Shown piece after piece: positions 27,070 to 37,030 of a stretch of 64,000 bases of DNA. The notes beneath the pieces are model-generated. The model did not search any database and had not been told where the DNA came from. It worked only from the letters and a program-made list of their open reading frames with translations. The DNA is taken from positions 1-64,000 of the IMG/VR virus record IMGVR_UViG_3300005265_000549; one strand, written 5' to 3'. The translations under genes were made by a program, and so were the position numbers. Every line of letters starts with the position of its first letter. The first letter of the stretch is position 1. Origin of the DNA: a virus.

Positions 27070-27122
27070 AATCATGGTTTATTCTTCAAGATAAATATAA
27101 ACAAGGAGAATAAACCATGATT
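27070..27122 (+). promoter_or_regulatory. late promoter (GATAAATA) inside an RBS/ATG-sequestering hairpin
   Basis: AATCATGGTTTATTCT (27070-85) pairs with AGAATAAACCATGATT (27107-22); GATAAATA at 27090. Confidence 0.7.
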
Positions 27123-27488
27123 AAACAAACTAAAGAATTATATAAAAATATTCCCTATTGGGTAAAATTAGTTTCTTCAATTTTAGCTGTTACGATAACT
27201 TTAGGTGGAGCTGTTTTAGCAATGGAAGATCGTTATGTTTCTGAAAAAGAAGAAATTAAAACTCTTCAAATTTTTAATTCAAATATTCAACAAAATTTTA
27301 GATTAATGAATTTAAAAATTTTTCAATTACAATATGATCATTTAACAGATTCTTATTATCAATATAAAAAATTAAGAAGAAACCAACCAAATGATATTGA
27401 AATACAAGAAGAATTTGAAAGAATTAAAAATGAAAGAAAATTAATAAAAGAAAAAATAAATAAATTATTAGAAGAAAGAAATAAATGA
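27117..27488 (+). CDS. single-TM membrane protein with coiled coil (holin or lysis candidate)
   Basis: N-terminal TM, charged helical tail; function inferred only. Confidence 0.55.
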   Translation: MIKQTKELYKNIPYWVKLVSSILAVTITLGGAVLAMEDRYVSEKEEIKTLQIFNSNIQQNFRLMNLKIFQLQYDHLTDSYYQYKKLRRNQPNDIEIQEEFERIKNERKLIKEKINKLLEERNK

Positions 27489-28393
27489 AATCATTTTCTA
27501 CTGTATTTCAAGAAATGAAACAAACTAAAAGAGTTGGAATTCAACATCTAAATCAATTAAAACCATTAGATTTTATTAAATTAGTTAAATTAGTAAAAGA
27601 AGAAATGGGTGGTAAGATTTCTAAAACTAATTCTTCTGTATCCCTTAAAGTTGATGGTTTTGGATTAAGATTTGGATTAAATAACAAGGATGAATTTTTT
27701 ATTGAATCTTCTAATAGTGGCCCACAATTTAAAGTTGATGCTTTTTCAGAATACACAAAAAATAAAAAAGGTGAGGTTGATAAAATTTCAATTGCTTATG
27801 ATCAAGTATTTAAATCATTGAAATCAAATAAAAAACTTCAAAAGATTTTAAAAGAAAATAATACTGATTCAGGAATTAAAATTATTTGTGAATGTCTTTA
27901 CACTCCAATAGGTAAAAAAGATAAAGATAAAATTAAGTTTGTTAGTATAAATTATGATCAAAAAAAATTAGGTGAAATAGCAACTTTTGTATTAATTAAA
28001 GTTATTGATGGTGATAATAATATCTTAGATCAGAACATTCTAGAATACGTCAAAGAGCTATCTAGTAAACAATTTTTATTCACAGATGCTACTGTTACTT
28101 TAGATGATATTGATTTAACTATTGAAATTGATAATGTATTAAAATTTGTTAAAAAATATCCTGATTTAGATAAGATAGTATTAAGTAGAAAAAAAGTTGA
28201 TAAAGAAATAAAAAATTTAATTAAAGATACATTGAAAAATTATCAAGAACAAATGAGTGATAAATTATTGAAATCAATAAAATCAACTAAATTTGGAGAT
28301 GAATTTGAAGGAATAGTATTCAACTTATTAAAAGGAAAATCTTTTAAAGTAATTTCAAAATCTTTTAGTCAAGGTATTAAATTTAAACCATAA
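27485..28393 (+). CDS. ligase-like covalent nucleotidyltransferase domain protein
   Basis: GIQHL, motif I KVDG, motif IV EGIV, motif V FKV; CTS-like leader. Confidence 0.65.
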   Translation: MKSFSTVFQEMKQTKRVGIQHLNQLKPLDFIKLVKLVKEEMGGKISKTNSSVSLKVDGFGLRFGLNNKDEFFIESSNSGPQFKVDAFSEYTKNKKGEVDKISIAYDQVFKSLKSNKKLQKILKENNTDSGIKIICECLYTPIGKKDKDKIKFVSINYDQKKLGEIATFVLIKVIDGDNNILDQNILEYVKELSSKQFLFTDATVTLDDIDLTIEIDNVLKFVKKYPDLDKIVLSRKKVDKEIKNLIKDTLKNYQEQMSDKLLKSIKSTKFGDEFEGIVFNLLKGKSFKVISKSFSQGIKFKP

Positions 28394-28406
28394 ATAGGAT
28401 TAATAA

Positions 28407-29354
28407 ATGATTAATTTTAAAACTTTTTTACTTGAAATAAAAATTGAAAAAGAAATTAATGATAAATTATTATCTATTATTAATCGACTTGGTTATAATG
28501 ATATCAAAACAAATTCAAAATTTTATTTTTCTATTTTGACAAATAAAAATCGTATAGAAGTAATGAAAGAACTTGAAAAGGAAATTCAAAAAGAAATTCC
28601 AGAAGCAAAATGGGATATTTCCAGTTCCGGTTCTTCTATAGGAAATATTGTTATAGGTAAATTTAAGTTGGGAGTCAAACCAAAATCTAGACAAGGAAAA
28701 TCATCATTTGGTTTAGAAAATGAAATGACATTATTTAATATTCTTGATGAAATATTAATTAATAAACCAATCAATATAATTTTTTCTACTGGTAAAAAAG
28801 AATTTAAAATTGAAAATGCTGTAAGTTATAAAGATGTCGGAAATAATACAAAAAATAGAAAAAAAGCTGATATAATAATATTTGATGATAAAGGAAAAAA
28901 ATATTCTATTTCAATTAAGAAAGATAATGCTGAAAATTGGGAATCTGCTGATTCTTATTATGCTGATAAAGCAAAAAAAATAATAGATAAATTAATTTCT
29001 CAAGATAAAATTAAATTAGAGCCATATAGAAAAGGATTTAAATTAAATAAAAATATTGGAATTCTTGCAAATAAAAAAGAAATTAAAGATGTGGTTTTTG
29101 GAAGTGATATTTTAGGAAATGGTTGTGTAATTAAAAAAACATTTGATGGAAAATATGTGATAAAAGATGAAAATGTGATTATAAAAGTTTCTGAAATTAT
29201 TACAAACCTTTCTGAAATTCCAGAAAATGAAAAAGTATATTTTTTAATAAGAAATGATATCACAAGAAATAATCCTAAATTATATAAAGGAATTAGAATA
29301 TTAGCTGTTATGAAATCACGAATCAATAAATCAATTTTATTATATAAAGGATAA
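28407..29354 (+). CDS. PD-(D/E)xK-like nuclease-fold protein
   Basis: GLENE...KADIII...SISIKK; CTS-like leader. Confidence 0.5.
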   Translation: MINFKTFLLEIKIEKEINDKLLSIINRLGYNDIKTNSKFYFSILTNKNRIEVMKELEKEIQKEIPEAKWDISSSGSSIGNIVIGKFKLGVKPKSRQGKSSFGLENEMTLFNILDEILINKPINIIFSTGKKEFKIENAVSYKDVGNNTKNRKKADIIIFDDKGKKYSISIKKDNAENWESADSYYADKAKKIIDKLISQDKIKLEPYRKGFKLNKNIGILANKKEIKDVVFGSDILGNGCVIKKTFDGKYVIKDENVIIKVSEIITNLSEIPENEKVYFLIRNDITRNNPKLYKGIRILAVMKSRINKSILLYKG

Positions 29355-29599
29355 AAATGTTAAAAAAAACTTTTAAGGATTTTTATCATGTTGAAAATCC
29401 TACATCATTTATTAATTCAAGAATTAATTAAAATTTCATTTGAAAAAGAAAGTTATGATGTACTTTCTACTTTTTATAAGAAACATCCTTATTCGTTAAT
29501 AACTATTGATAAATATATTTCTAATATGTTAAATAAAAAAATAAGAAAAAAGTAAAAAAACATTTTTTAAATTTTATAAAAAACAAAAAATAAAATGGA

Positions 29600-30733
29600 A
29601 TGATAATGGGTGGTAATATTAAATTAATAAAATTTAAATCTTTTTGTTTACAAGAAGGTGGAAATGTTCATGTGGGTGATGTATCAGCACAACAAATCAC
29701 ATCTAAAGTGAATCGAACCAAATTAGTAAACGATTTAATTAAAAATCTTTTGATTTTAAATAATCAATTCCAAAAAGAATATGGATTGAAAATTTGGAAA
29801 AATGAATCATATCTTAAATCAGGTGAAGTTTTTTCTGGTTCTTCAGAACATTTTATTAATTTAAATATTTCTGATGAAGAATATTTAAAACATAAACCAA
29901 AAACTGGTGATATTGATATACAAATAGATAAATCTTTAGAAACTAATTTACATGATTTTTTTAAAAAACATAATAAATTTGGAACTATGGAATATCTAGG
30001 TCAATCTCAAACAGCTATTGGACAAATTTCTTCTTTATTTAAAATTGATGGATATATGGAAAAATCTGAAAAGAAAAGAAGATTAGTTAAAAAGAAAATT
30101 CTGATCCAATTAGATTTTGAATTTGTAGATGTTGATGAAAAAGGTAAACCAACTGAATGGTCTAAATTTTCTAGATCATCTAATTGGAGTGATATTGAAA
30201 ATGGAATAAAAGGTGTTTTTCATAAATTTGCATTAGCAAATATCGATCATGTGTTTACTAAAAAAATTAAAATTAAAAAAGGTAAACGTAATCCAAAAAT
30301 TATAGAACAAGAAATTCATTTTTTTGCATTCTCAGTACAAAATGGATTAAGACCTAAATATCGTCCTGTTCCAAATGAAAAAGATGTATGGGAAGCAATA
30401 CCTTCTAAAGAAGGAAATTATACACAAGATATTTCACAAATTTTTGAAACTCTTTTTAGAAAAAAACCAGGAAAAACTGATCGGGATTTATTTAATTCAT
30501 TTGTTGGTATTATTGAATTAGTTAAAAAATATTTTAATAAAAAACAACAACAAAAATTTGTTAATGCTTTTGTTGAGTTTATTTGGGGCAAAAATGCTCA
30601 AAAATTATATAGAGGTAACCCTCTACAAGATGCTGAAGTTAAAAATGCAGCAATGAATTATATTGAAAAAAAATTAAAAATTAAAAAGTCTAAATATGAT
30701 TCTATTATAAATAATTATTATAAAAATTATTAA
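29600..30733 (+). CDS. Pol-beta-like nucleotidyltransferase
   Basis: LQEGGN, GSS...TGDIDIQ, QLDFEF, IKGVFHK. Confidence 0.65.
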   Translation: MIMGGNIKLIKFKSFCLQEGGNVHVGDVSAQQITSKVNRTKLVNDLIKNLLILNNQFQKEYGLKIWKNESYLKSGEVFSGSSEHFINLNISDEEYLKHKPKTGDIDIQIDKSLETNLHDFFKKHNKFGTMEYLGQSQTAIGQISSLFKIDGYMEKSEKKRRLVKKKILIQLDFEFVDVDEKGKPTEWSKFSRSSNWSDIENGIKGVFHKFALANIDHVFTKKIKIKKGKRNPKIIEQEIHFFAFSVQNGLRPKYRPVPNEKDVWEAIPSKEGNYTQDISQIFETLFRKKPGKTDRDLFNSFVGIIELVKKYFNKKQQQKFVNAFVEFIWGKNAQKLYRGNPLQDAEVKNAAMNYIEKKLKIKKSKYDSIINNYYKNY

Positions 30734-30754
30734 GGTATGAGAGAAGGAAAAACG

Positions 30755-31090
30755 ATGGATAAATTTGAAACTTTCTTATTGGAAAAAACAATAAAATTTC
30801 CAACTGATGAATTTGATGAATATAAAAATAGAATTCCTGTTCCGGAAGATTTTAATATATTTATTAAATCTTGGTTAATAAAAAATTCAAATAGATTAAA
30901 AGATGAATTTATTATTCAAGCAATTGAAGATGTAGCTTTTAGTTTAAATAAAAAATATAGTTATATTCCAGGAATAAATTTTGAAGTTGCAGGAAAAAAA
31001 TTAAGTATTTATACTAAATCAGGTCAATTTGTTTTCACTTGTGATCAAAAAATAACGTTTAAAAAAATTAAAAAATTAATAGGAATTTAA
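30755..31090 (+). CDS. hypothetical protein with CTS-like leader
   Basis: AAGGA RBS, then MDKFETFLLE. Confidence 0.55.
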   Translation: MDKFETFLLEKTIKFPTDEFDEYKNRIPVPEDFNIFIKSWLIKNSNRLKDEFIIQAIEDVAFSLNKKYSYIPGINFEVAGKKLSIYTKSGQFVFTCDQKITFKKIKKLIGI

Positions 31091-34000
31091 ATGAATAGTT
31101 TAAATAAATTATTTGAAAATAGTTTATATAGTAATGATCAAGAAAAATCTGATTTTGTTAATTCAGAAAAACTTGTTCATATTGCTTTTTGGATTGGTTT
31201 TTTAGGTCCTATTTTTCTTTATATTAATAGTGATAATCCAGTAATTAAAAAATATTTTAAAAGTGATAAAAAATTAAGAATAGATGCTATTACTGATGAT
31301 AATAATGATACTTCTTTAACTCTAAGTTTAATTAAAACATCTATACCTCCGGCTTTAGTTAATAAAATTACAAGATTTCTTGTAAGACTTAAATCTGGTC
31401 AAAAAATTGATGAAGATCTTTTTAAGAAAGAAATATTTGATCCATTATATAAAAAAACAATTAATTTAACTTTAAGTCCTCAAATTAAACGAACATTAAA
31501 AAGTTATTATAATGGTAATCTTTCAAGTTTAGATGTAGTAAAAACATTCATTATTAATGCTAGAAGATGGAAAATTTGTAATGAATTTAAATTTTTAGCT
31601 AGAAAATGTAAAATTAAAGGTGAAGTAAAAATTTCAAAAGATACTTCTAATGATTCGAATATAATTAAAAAAGATAATAAAGATGGTGCTTCTACTGATA
31701 CAACTGTGATTAAACCACCTATTCCTGCCTGGGAAAATTATCTTATTGATTTTGCTAGTAAAATTAATAATAAAGAAATTAGAGCAATTTTTGAAGAAGA
31801 TCTAATTTCTTACTTTAAAGGTGAAATGTATGGACAAACATATCGAAATATCACGTTTCGTAATATGGATGTTTTTTTTGATTTAGTTTTAAGTTTAGAT
31901 AAAAATCAACTACCAGACGTTAAATTTAACATTAGATTAATGGAAATAAAATCATTTCATTTACCATTAATTTTATTATCTTTGAATCCAAAATTAACTG
32001 ATAAAATTAAACAAACATCTTTTAGTAATATTGAACATACTGGATTGGATTATTTCAATCCAATCTTTTATTTAATGTTTTTTTATAAATTTAGTTCAGC
32101 AAGAATTATAACTGAAAAATGTTTTGCTGAAATGTCTATTGATTTATATTATAATACAATAGTTAAAGAAATGGCTGCAAATTCAAAAGGAATAGAATTT
32201 TTTACAATAGATTGGATTGCTGATTTTTTCTTTAATAACTTATATAAATTGGAAGATAAAGATTATTTTGTTTCTTTAATTAAATTTTTAATTAATAATC
32301 TTACATCTAAAGAATTTATTATGCTTAAATCAAAAGTGAATGATAATTTAAAAAACCGTTTAATTAAATATGGACTCTATCATTTATTTGAAAAACTACC
32401 TATTGATAAAATTAAAATGTATGATTTTCAACAATTTATAGAAACTATTATGTCATCATCTTATAGTATGAATAAAATTTTTGAAGATTATAGAAAAGAA
32501 TATTTACCAGATAATTCTCTAGAAGAAATAAAAAAAATATTCTTAAATCAAGATTTTAATGATCTTGATTTCAGTCGATTGAATAATGCTTTATCTTATA
32601 TTTCTGTATATGATCCTATTTTTATTGAAAAATTATGTGAATTTTTTAATAATGAGAAAAAAATTGTAGATTTAATTGATAAAATGATTAAAAATTTTAA
32701 TAATAATGATAATTCTTTAAATCGTTTAAGATCTCATTTTATTATTTTATTTCCTAATTACTTTTCTGAAAAAGAAAGAAATGAAATTTTTGAAAAAAAT
32801 ATCATTTCTTTAATAAATGTATTACAATATTGTCATGATAATAAATCATTATCAAATTTAGAAAATTGGAAATATGAATATTGTGAAAAAATAATTAATT
32901 ATTTAACAAATAATAATAAATTCGATAAGAAAGAAAATTCAATTATTTCAAATATTAATTTAAATTTATTCAAACTTTTTGGTGATGTCTGGGCTAAAAA
33001 ATTATTTTCTAAATTTAAAGATAATTTTCTAAAAAATTATTTTCTAATTTCTTCTATTTATTCTAAAAATAAATTAAAAATTGAAATTTTACGTTTTAGT
33101 AAAATTTTAGATAAAAATATTATTTTTAAAATAATTAGTGATAGTGATGATAATGATCAAAAAGAATTAACATTACAAAAAATTAATGAGTTATTTATAA
33201 CAATCGTTGATAAATTTGATAATTCAATAGATATAGAAAGTTTAGAAAAAATTATTGAAACATTAAATGAAAAATTAGAATTTTCTAGTGATATGAATCA
33301 ATATCAAAAAAAATTCATAACTATTGAATTGCTTACAAAAAATATAAAATATAAAAATAATAAAATAATTGAAAATTTTTATGTTAATTTATTTAAACAA
33401 AATCCAGGATTTTTTTGTAAATTAAATTTAAAAAATTTAAAAGATTTAGAAGAAATAATTAAAAAACATCTTTCAAAAAAACAAATTGCAGAAATTTTTA
33501 AAAATAAAAGTACAGAAGATATTATAGGTGAAAGATTTAATATAAATAATATAAATTTTATAAATTTAATAGACGATAATGATAAAAAAATTGAATTTTT
33601 TAAAAAATATATTAATGAATATAAACGTCAAGTGAATTCTTCTTTAAAAAGAGGTGGAATTATTCCTAAAATTAATAATTTTGCTTTTGATTTATATCAA
33701 AAAGATCCAAAAATTATTGATAAATTATTTGATGAATTAGATCTTTCAACTAAAAATCAATTATTTGCTGAATTAAGAACTTTTGTTACTATAGCACCAT
33801 TATTAAGCAATATACATACTTCACCAGTTGTTCCATTAAAAAAATTAAAATCTGAAGATATTAGAAATGCTTTAAAATATAATAAATTTGAAATTGCAGA
33901 AGTTATAAAAGTTAGAAAAAGAAAAGGTGAAACATATTCTGAAACATTGAAAAGAACTATTAAAATTGCTGATGCTTCACAAAATAAAATTCCTAAACAA

Positions 34001-34948
34001 AAAGTTGAAGAAGTAGAATTAACTGAAAAAGAAATAGCTGAAAAAACTTATAATTTAAATAAAAAATATCATGCAGGAAAACATGGAAGTATTGGAATTC
34101 AATTACTAAAAGAATTTAATGTATCATTACCTGAAGAAGAATGGAAAGCTTTTAGAGAAGAATGGAAAGATAAAGGTGATGGAATTTTATATCCTATGTT
34201 TCATGGAACAAATGGAACAGCTGCTTCAATGATTTTAAGATTTGGTTTTGCTATTTTATCTGTTAAAGAATTATCTTCAGCCGGTGGAAAATATGCTGGT
34301 AATATGTTAGGTGCTGGTGTTTATACTGCTCCTAACATGGATAAAGTTGCTAATTATATTGGTGAACAAAATTATGGACAATTAGGTTCTATTGGATATT
34401 TATTTGAAATTGATCAAACTTTAGGTGAAAAAAATAATCATTATCGAACAATGGGGCATGGTGGAGATAGAATTCGTTCACCTGAATATTGTTCTAAATA
34501 TCCTAGAAAACAATTAAAAATTGTAAAATGTTATAAAGCAGTAAAATCATCATTAAAACATATTTCAAAAACTGCTAGTAAAAATGGAGTAAAATTAGAT
34601 GAAGCTTTTGAAAATCAAATACATAAAGGAATTTTAATGGAAAGTGATGAATTAGATATGATAATTGATGAAGGTTGGACTAATTTTATTTTTATGGATG
34701 GTTATATTCCTATTGGTAATAATGATGCTTTAAATTTCAGTTTTGTAACTTCTCAATTTTATGATGATATTCAAATTACACAAAATCAAGATGGTATAGT
34801 ATATTCAATAAAAAATGATATAGGTAATTTTGAAACTTTTAAAATTCCAGATACTTTTTTTGCTATTGAAGAAAAAGATCCTATTATATCAAAATTTTTA
34901 AATATGACAAAAGATAAATTAATTATTGATAAAGAAGAAATAAAATGA
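31091..34948 (+). CDS. large protein with a C-terminal PARP-like (H-Y-E) ADP-ribosyltransferase domain
   Basis: MFHGT...ILRFGF...AGNMLGAGVYTA...KVANY...SPEY. Confidence 0.75.
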   Translation: MNSLNKLFENSLYSNDQEKSDFVNSEKLVHIAFWIGFLGPIFLYINSDNPVIKKYFKSDKKLRIDAITDDNNDTSLTLSLIKTSIPPALVNKITRFLVRLKSGQKIDEDLFKKEIFDPLYKKTINLTLSPQIKRTLKSYYNGNLSSLDVVKTFIINARRWKICNEFKFLARKCKIKGEVKISKDTSNDSNIIKKDNKDGASTDTTVIKPPIPAWENYLIDFASKINNKEIRAIFEEDLISYFKGEMYGQTYRNITFRNMDVFFDLVLSLDKNQLPDVKFNIRLMEIKSFHLPLILLSLNPKLTDKIKQTSFSNIEHTGLDYFNPIFYLMFFYKFSSARIITEKCFAEMSIDLYYNTIVKEMAANSKGIEFFTIDWIADFFFNNLYKLEDKDYFVSLIKFLINNLTSKEFIMLKSKVNDNLKNRLIKYGLYHLFEKLPIDKIKMYDFQQFIETIMSSSYSMNKIFEDYRKEYLPDNSLEEIKKIFLNQDFNDLDFSRLNNALSYISVYDPIFIEKLCEFFNNEKKIVDLIDKMIKNFNNNDNSLNRLRSHFIILFPNYFSEKERNEIFEKNIISLINVLQYCHDNKSLSNLENWKYEYCEKIINYLTNNNKFDKKENSIISNINLNLFKLFGDVWAKKLFSKFKDNFLKNYFLISSIYSKNKLKIEILRFSKILDKNIIFKIISDSDDNDQKELTLQKINELFITIVDKFDNSIDIESLEKIIETLNEKLEFSSDMNQYQKKFITIELLTKNIKYKNNKIIENFYVNLFKQNPGFFCKLNLKNLKDLEEIIKKHLSKKQIAEIFKNKSTEDIIGERFNINNINFINLIDDNDKKIEFFKKYINEYKRQVNSSLKRGGIIPKINNFAFDLYQKDPKIIDKLFDELDLSTKNQLFAELRTFVTIAPLLSNIHTSPVVPLKKLKSEDIRNALKYNKFEIAEVIKVRKRKGETYSETLKRTIKIADASQNKIPKQKVEEVELTEKEIAEKTYNLNKKYHAGKHGSIGIQLLKEFNVSLPEEEWKAFREEWKDKGDGILYPMFHGTNGTAASMILRFGFAILSVKELSSAGGKYAGNMLGAGVYTAPNMDKVANYIGEQNYGQLGSIGYLFEIDQTLGEKNNHYRTMGHGGDRIRSPEYCSKYPRKQLKIVKCYKAVKSSLKHISKTASKNGVKLDEAFENQIHKGILMESDELDMIIDEGWTNFIFMDGYIPIGNNDALNFSFVTSQFYDDIQITQNQDGIVYSIKNDIGNFETFKIPDTFFAIEEKDPIISKFLNMTKDKLIIDKEEIK

Positions 34949-35508
34949 TATCATTTAAAAAATATTTAGAAGAAGCACTTTCATTAGATAATGTAAATAA
35001 AACACCTGGTAAAAATAAAGTTGTTGTAATGATGGGTCGTTTTCAACCACCGACTATCGCACATTTAGATATAATTGAAAAAGCATATAAAAAATATAAA
35101 CTTCCTGTTATTATTGCAATAGTAAAATCAAAAAATAAAAATTCACCTTTTTCAGTAGATATAATTAAAAAAATGATTAAAGAATCTATTAAAGGAAAAA
35201 TAGAATTTTTAGAACTTTCAAGTGGTTTTATTGGAGATTTTATTTCTCCATTAAGAGATAAAAATTTAGAACCAACAATTTTATTTGCTGGTTCTGATCG
35301 AATAAAAAGTTATGAAAATCAAATTGAACGATATAAAGAATTATTTGATTTAAATTTAACAGTAGAAGAAATAAAACGAAATGATGATGATGTTTCAGCA
35401 TCAAAAGTCAGAGATGCTTTAAAGAATAATGATGAAGAAAGTTTTAAAAAATTAATGTCAAAAAATTTACATAAATATTTTAAAAAATTAAAAGGGATGA
35501 TGGTATGA
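34945..35508 (+). CDS. HIGH-family cytidylyl/adenylyltransferase-like protein
   Basis: GRFQPPTIAH, AGSDR, VSASKVRDAL. Confidence 0.85.
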   Translation: MISFKKYLEEALSLDNVNKTPGKNKVVVMMGRFQPPTIAHLDIIEKAYKKYKLPVIIAIVKSKNKNSPFSVDIIKKMIKESIKGKIEFLELSSGFIGDFISPLRDKNLEPTILFAGSDRIKSYENQIERYKELFDLNLTVEEIKRNDDDVSASKVRDALKNNDEESFKKLMSKNLHKYFKKLKGMMV

Positions 35509-35699
35509 AAACATATAAAGAGATTTTAAATGAAAGATTGGGAAAAGGTACTGGTAGAGAATTTGATGATGGTGAAGATACTTGTAAATGTCCTAAATGT
35601 GGATTTGAAACAGAACATAAAGCTGGAACTCCTTGTTTAGAAACAAAATGTCCTAAATGTGGAACAGCAATGAAAGGAAAAAGCAAAGTAAATGATTAA
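35505..35699 (+). CDS. double Zn-ribbon small protein
   Basis: CKCPKCG..H..GTPC...KCPKCG; leader MKTYKEILNE. Confidence 0.7.
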   Translation: MKTYKEILNERLGKGTGREFDDGEDTCKCPKCGFETEHKAGTPCLETKCPKCGTAMKGKSKVND

Positions 35700-36024
35700 T
35701 TATAAAGAAATTCTAGAAGCAAAAAAGAAAACTGCAAGAGAATTGAAAAAAATTTTAGAAAGTTCTGATTTTGGTTATACAGAAGCTGGTGGAAATGGTC
35801 GATGTAAAATTAAAGGTAAAAACCTTATTGTTTATAATTCTTATTGGGCAGGGAGCCAAAGACATCTTGATAATTTAATCAAATCTTGGTCTCCAAAAGG
35901 ATCAAATTATGAATATTTTAAAGAAGAAGGTTTTGATATAAAAATAATTAATTCTGGTTCTGAACCTAAAAGTAAAATTTATAAAGGTGAACCATCTGTT
36001 TGGGTTGAATTATCTGTAACTTGA
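35692..36024 (+). CDS. hypothetical protein with CTS-like leader
   Basis: MINYKEILE. Confidence 0.6.
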   Translation: MINYKEILEAKKKTARELKKILESSDFGYTEAGGNGRCKIKGKNLIVYNSYWAGSQRHLDNLIKSWSPKGSNYEYFKEEGFDIKIINSGSEPKSKIYKGEPSVWVELSVT

Positions 36025-36040
36025 TAAAAATATCACTACT

Positions 36041-36170
36041 TTTTAAAAAAATCAAATGAATTACTTTTTTCTATTTTTTTATTAATAAAATTAAATACTT
36101 ACAATACACTTTTTTCAAAAAAAGTAAAAACATACCAAGGTGTATGTTAGATTTCTATAAATTTTAAATT
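36041..36170. repeat. dispersed non-coding repeat, copy A
   Basis: ATTAATAAAATTAAATACTTACAATAC (36081-36107) and CAAGGTGTATGTTA are identical to copy B. Confidence 0.8.
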
Positions 36171-36183
36171 AAAAGACTTTTTT

Positions 36184-36999
36184 ATGAAAAACTTTAAAGA
36201 TTACATTAGGTTACACGAATCATTAATTACTTTTGGTGGAAAGACTTTTCCAAAATTTAATAATATAGTAATTATTGCTGGTGGTCCCGCATCCGGAAAG
36301 AGTTTTATTAGAAAATATTTATTAGGTTTATCTGGAAAAATATTTGATGTTGATCAATTAAAAGATTTAACATTATTAACTATCGAATTAAAAAATAAAA
36401 TTAAAGAAAAGTTTGCTATTGATTTAGATAATTTTGATTTTAATGATGCTGAAAAAGTTTCTGAATTACATTCAATTTTGAGGGGAATGAAAATTCAAGA
36501 TAAAAAAATTAAAACTTTTCTTTTGAATACAGTAGGTAATAAAAATAAACCTAATATAATTTTTGATTTAACTTTAGATTCTTTATATTCATTAAATACT
36601 ATTACTAAATTAGTCATTCCTTATGGTTATGATAAAAAAAATATTCATATTGTTTGGGTTGTTAAAGAAATAAAAGAAGCTATTAAATTAAATAAAACAA
36701 GAGAAAGAAATATAGATCCAGATATTTTAATTAATAAACATGAAAATGTTGCTAATACATTCAAAAATATTTTATCAAATAAATCTAGATTTCAAAAATG
36801 GGTTGATGGTGATATTTGGGTTGTTTTTAATAAAACTGATGTTGATACTATTTTAAAAAATTCTGGAAATGGTGGTAGTTATATTGAAAAAGCATTAACA
36901 ATAAAAATTAAAGAACAGGGTAAAAAAATTAAAGATAGAAAAAGTATGGATAAAGATTTTTTACATAAATTATCTAAATATACTAAAAGACATTTTTAA
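36184..36999 (+). CDS. P-loop kinase (zeta-toxin/AAA_33-like)
   Basis: IAGGPASGKS, DVD, IIFD.T, RER; leader MKNFKDYIRLHE. Confidence 0.75.
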   Translation: MKNFKDYIRLHESLITFGGKTFPKFNNIVIIAGGPASGKSFIRKYLLGLSGKIFDVDQLKDLTLLTIELKNKIKEKFAIDLDNFDFNDAEKVSELHSILRGMKIQDKKIKTFLLNTVGNKNKPNIIFDLTLDSLYSLNTITKLVIPYGYDKKNIHIVWVVKEIKEAIKLNKTRERNIDPDILINKHENVANTFKNILSNKSRFQKWVDGDIWVVFNKTDVDTILKNSGNGGSYIEKALTIKIKEQGKKIKDRKSMDKDFLHKLSKYTKRHF

Positions 37000-37001
37000 A
37001 T

Positions 37002-37030
37002 TTTACATTTTTAATCATTTATTATATAAT
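37002..37030 (+). promoter_or_regulatory. sigma70-type promoter for the deazaguanine cluster
   Basis: TTTACA-17 bp-TATAAT. Confidence 0.6.
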
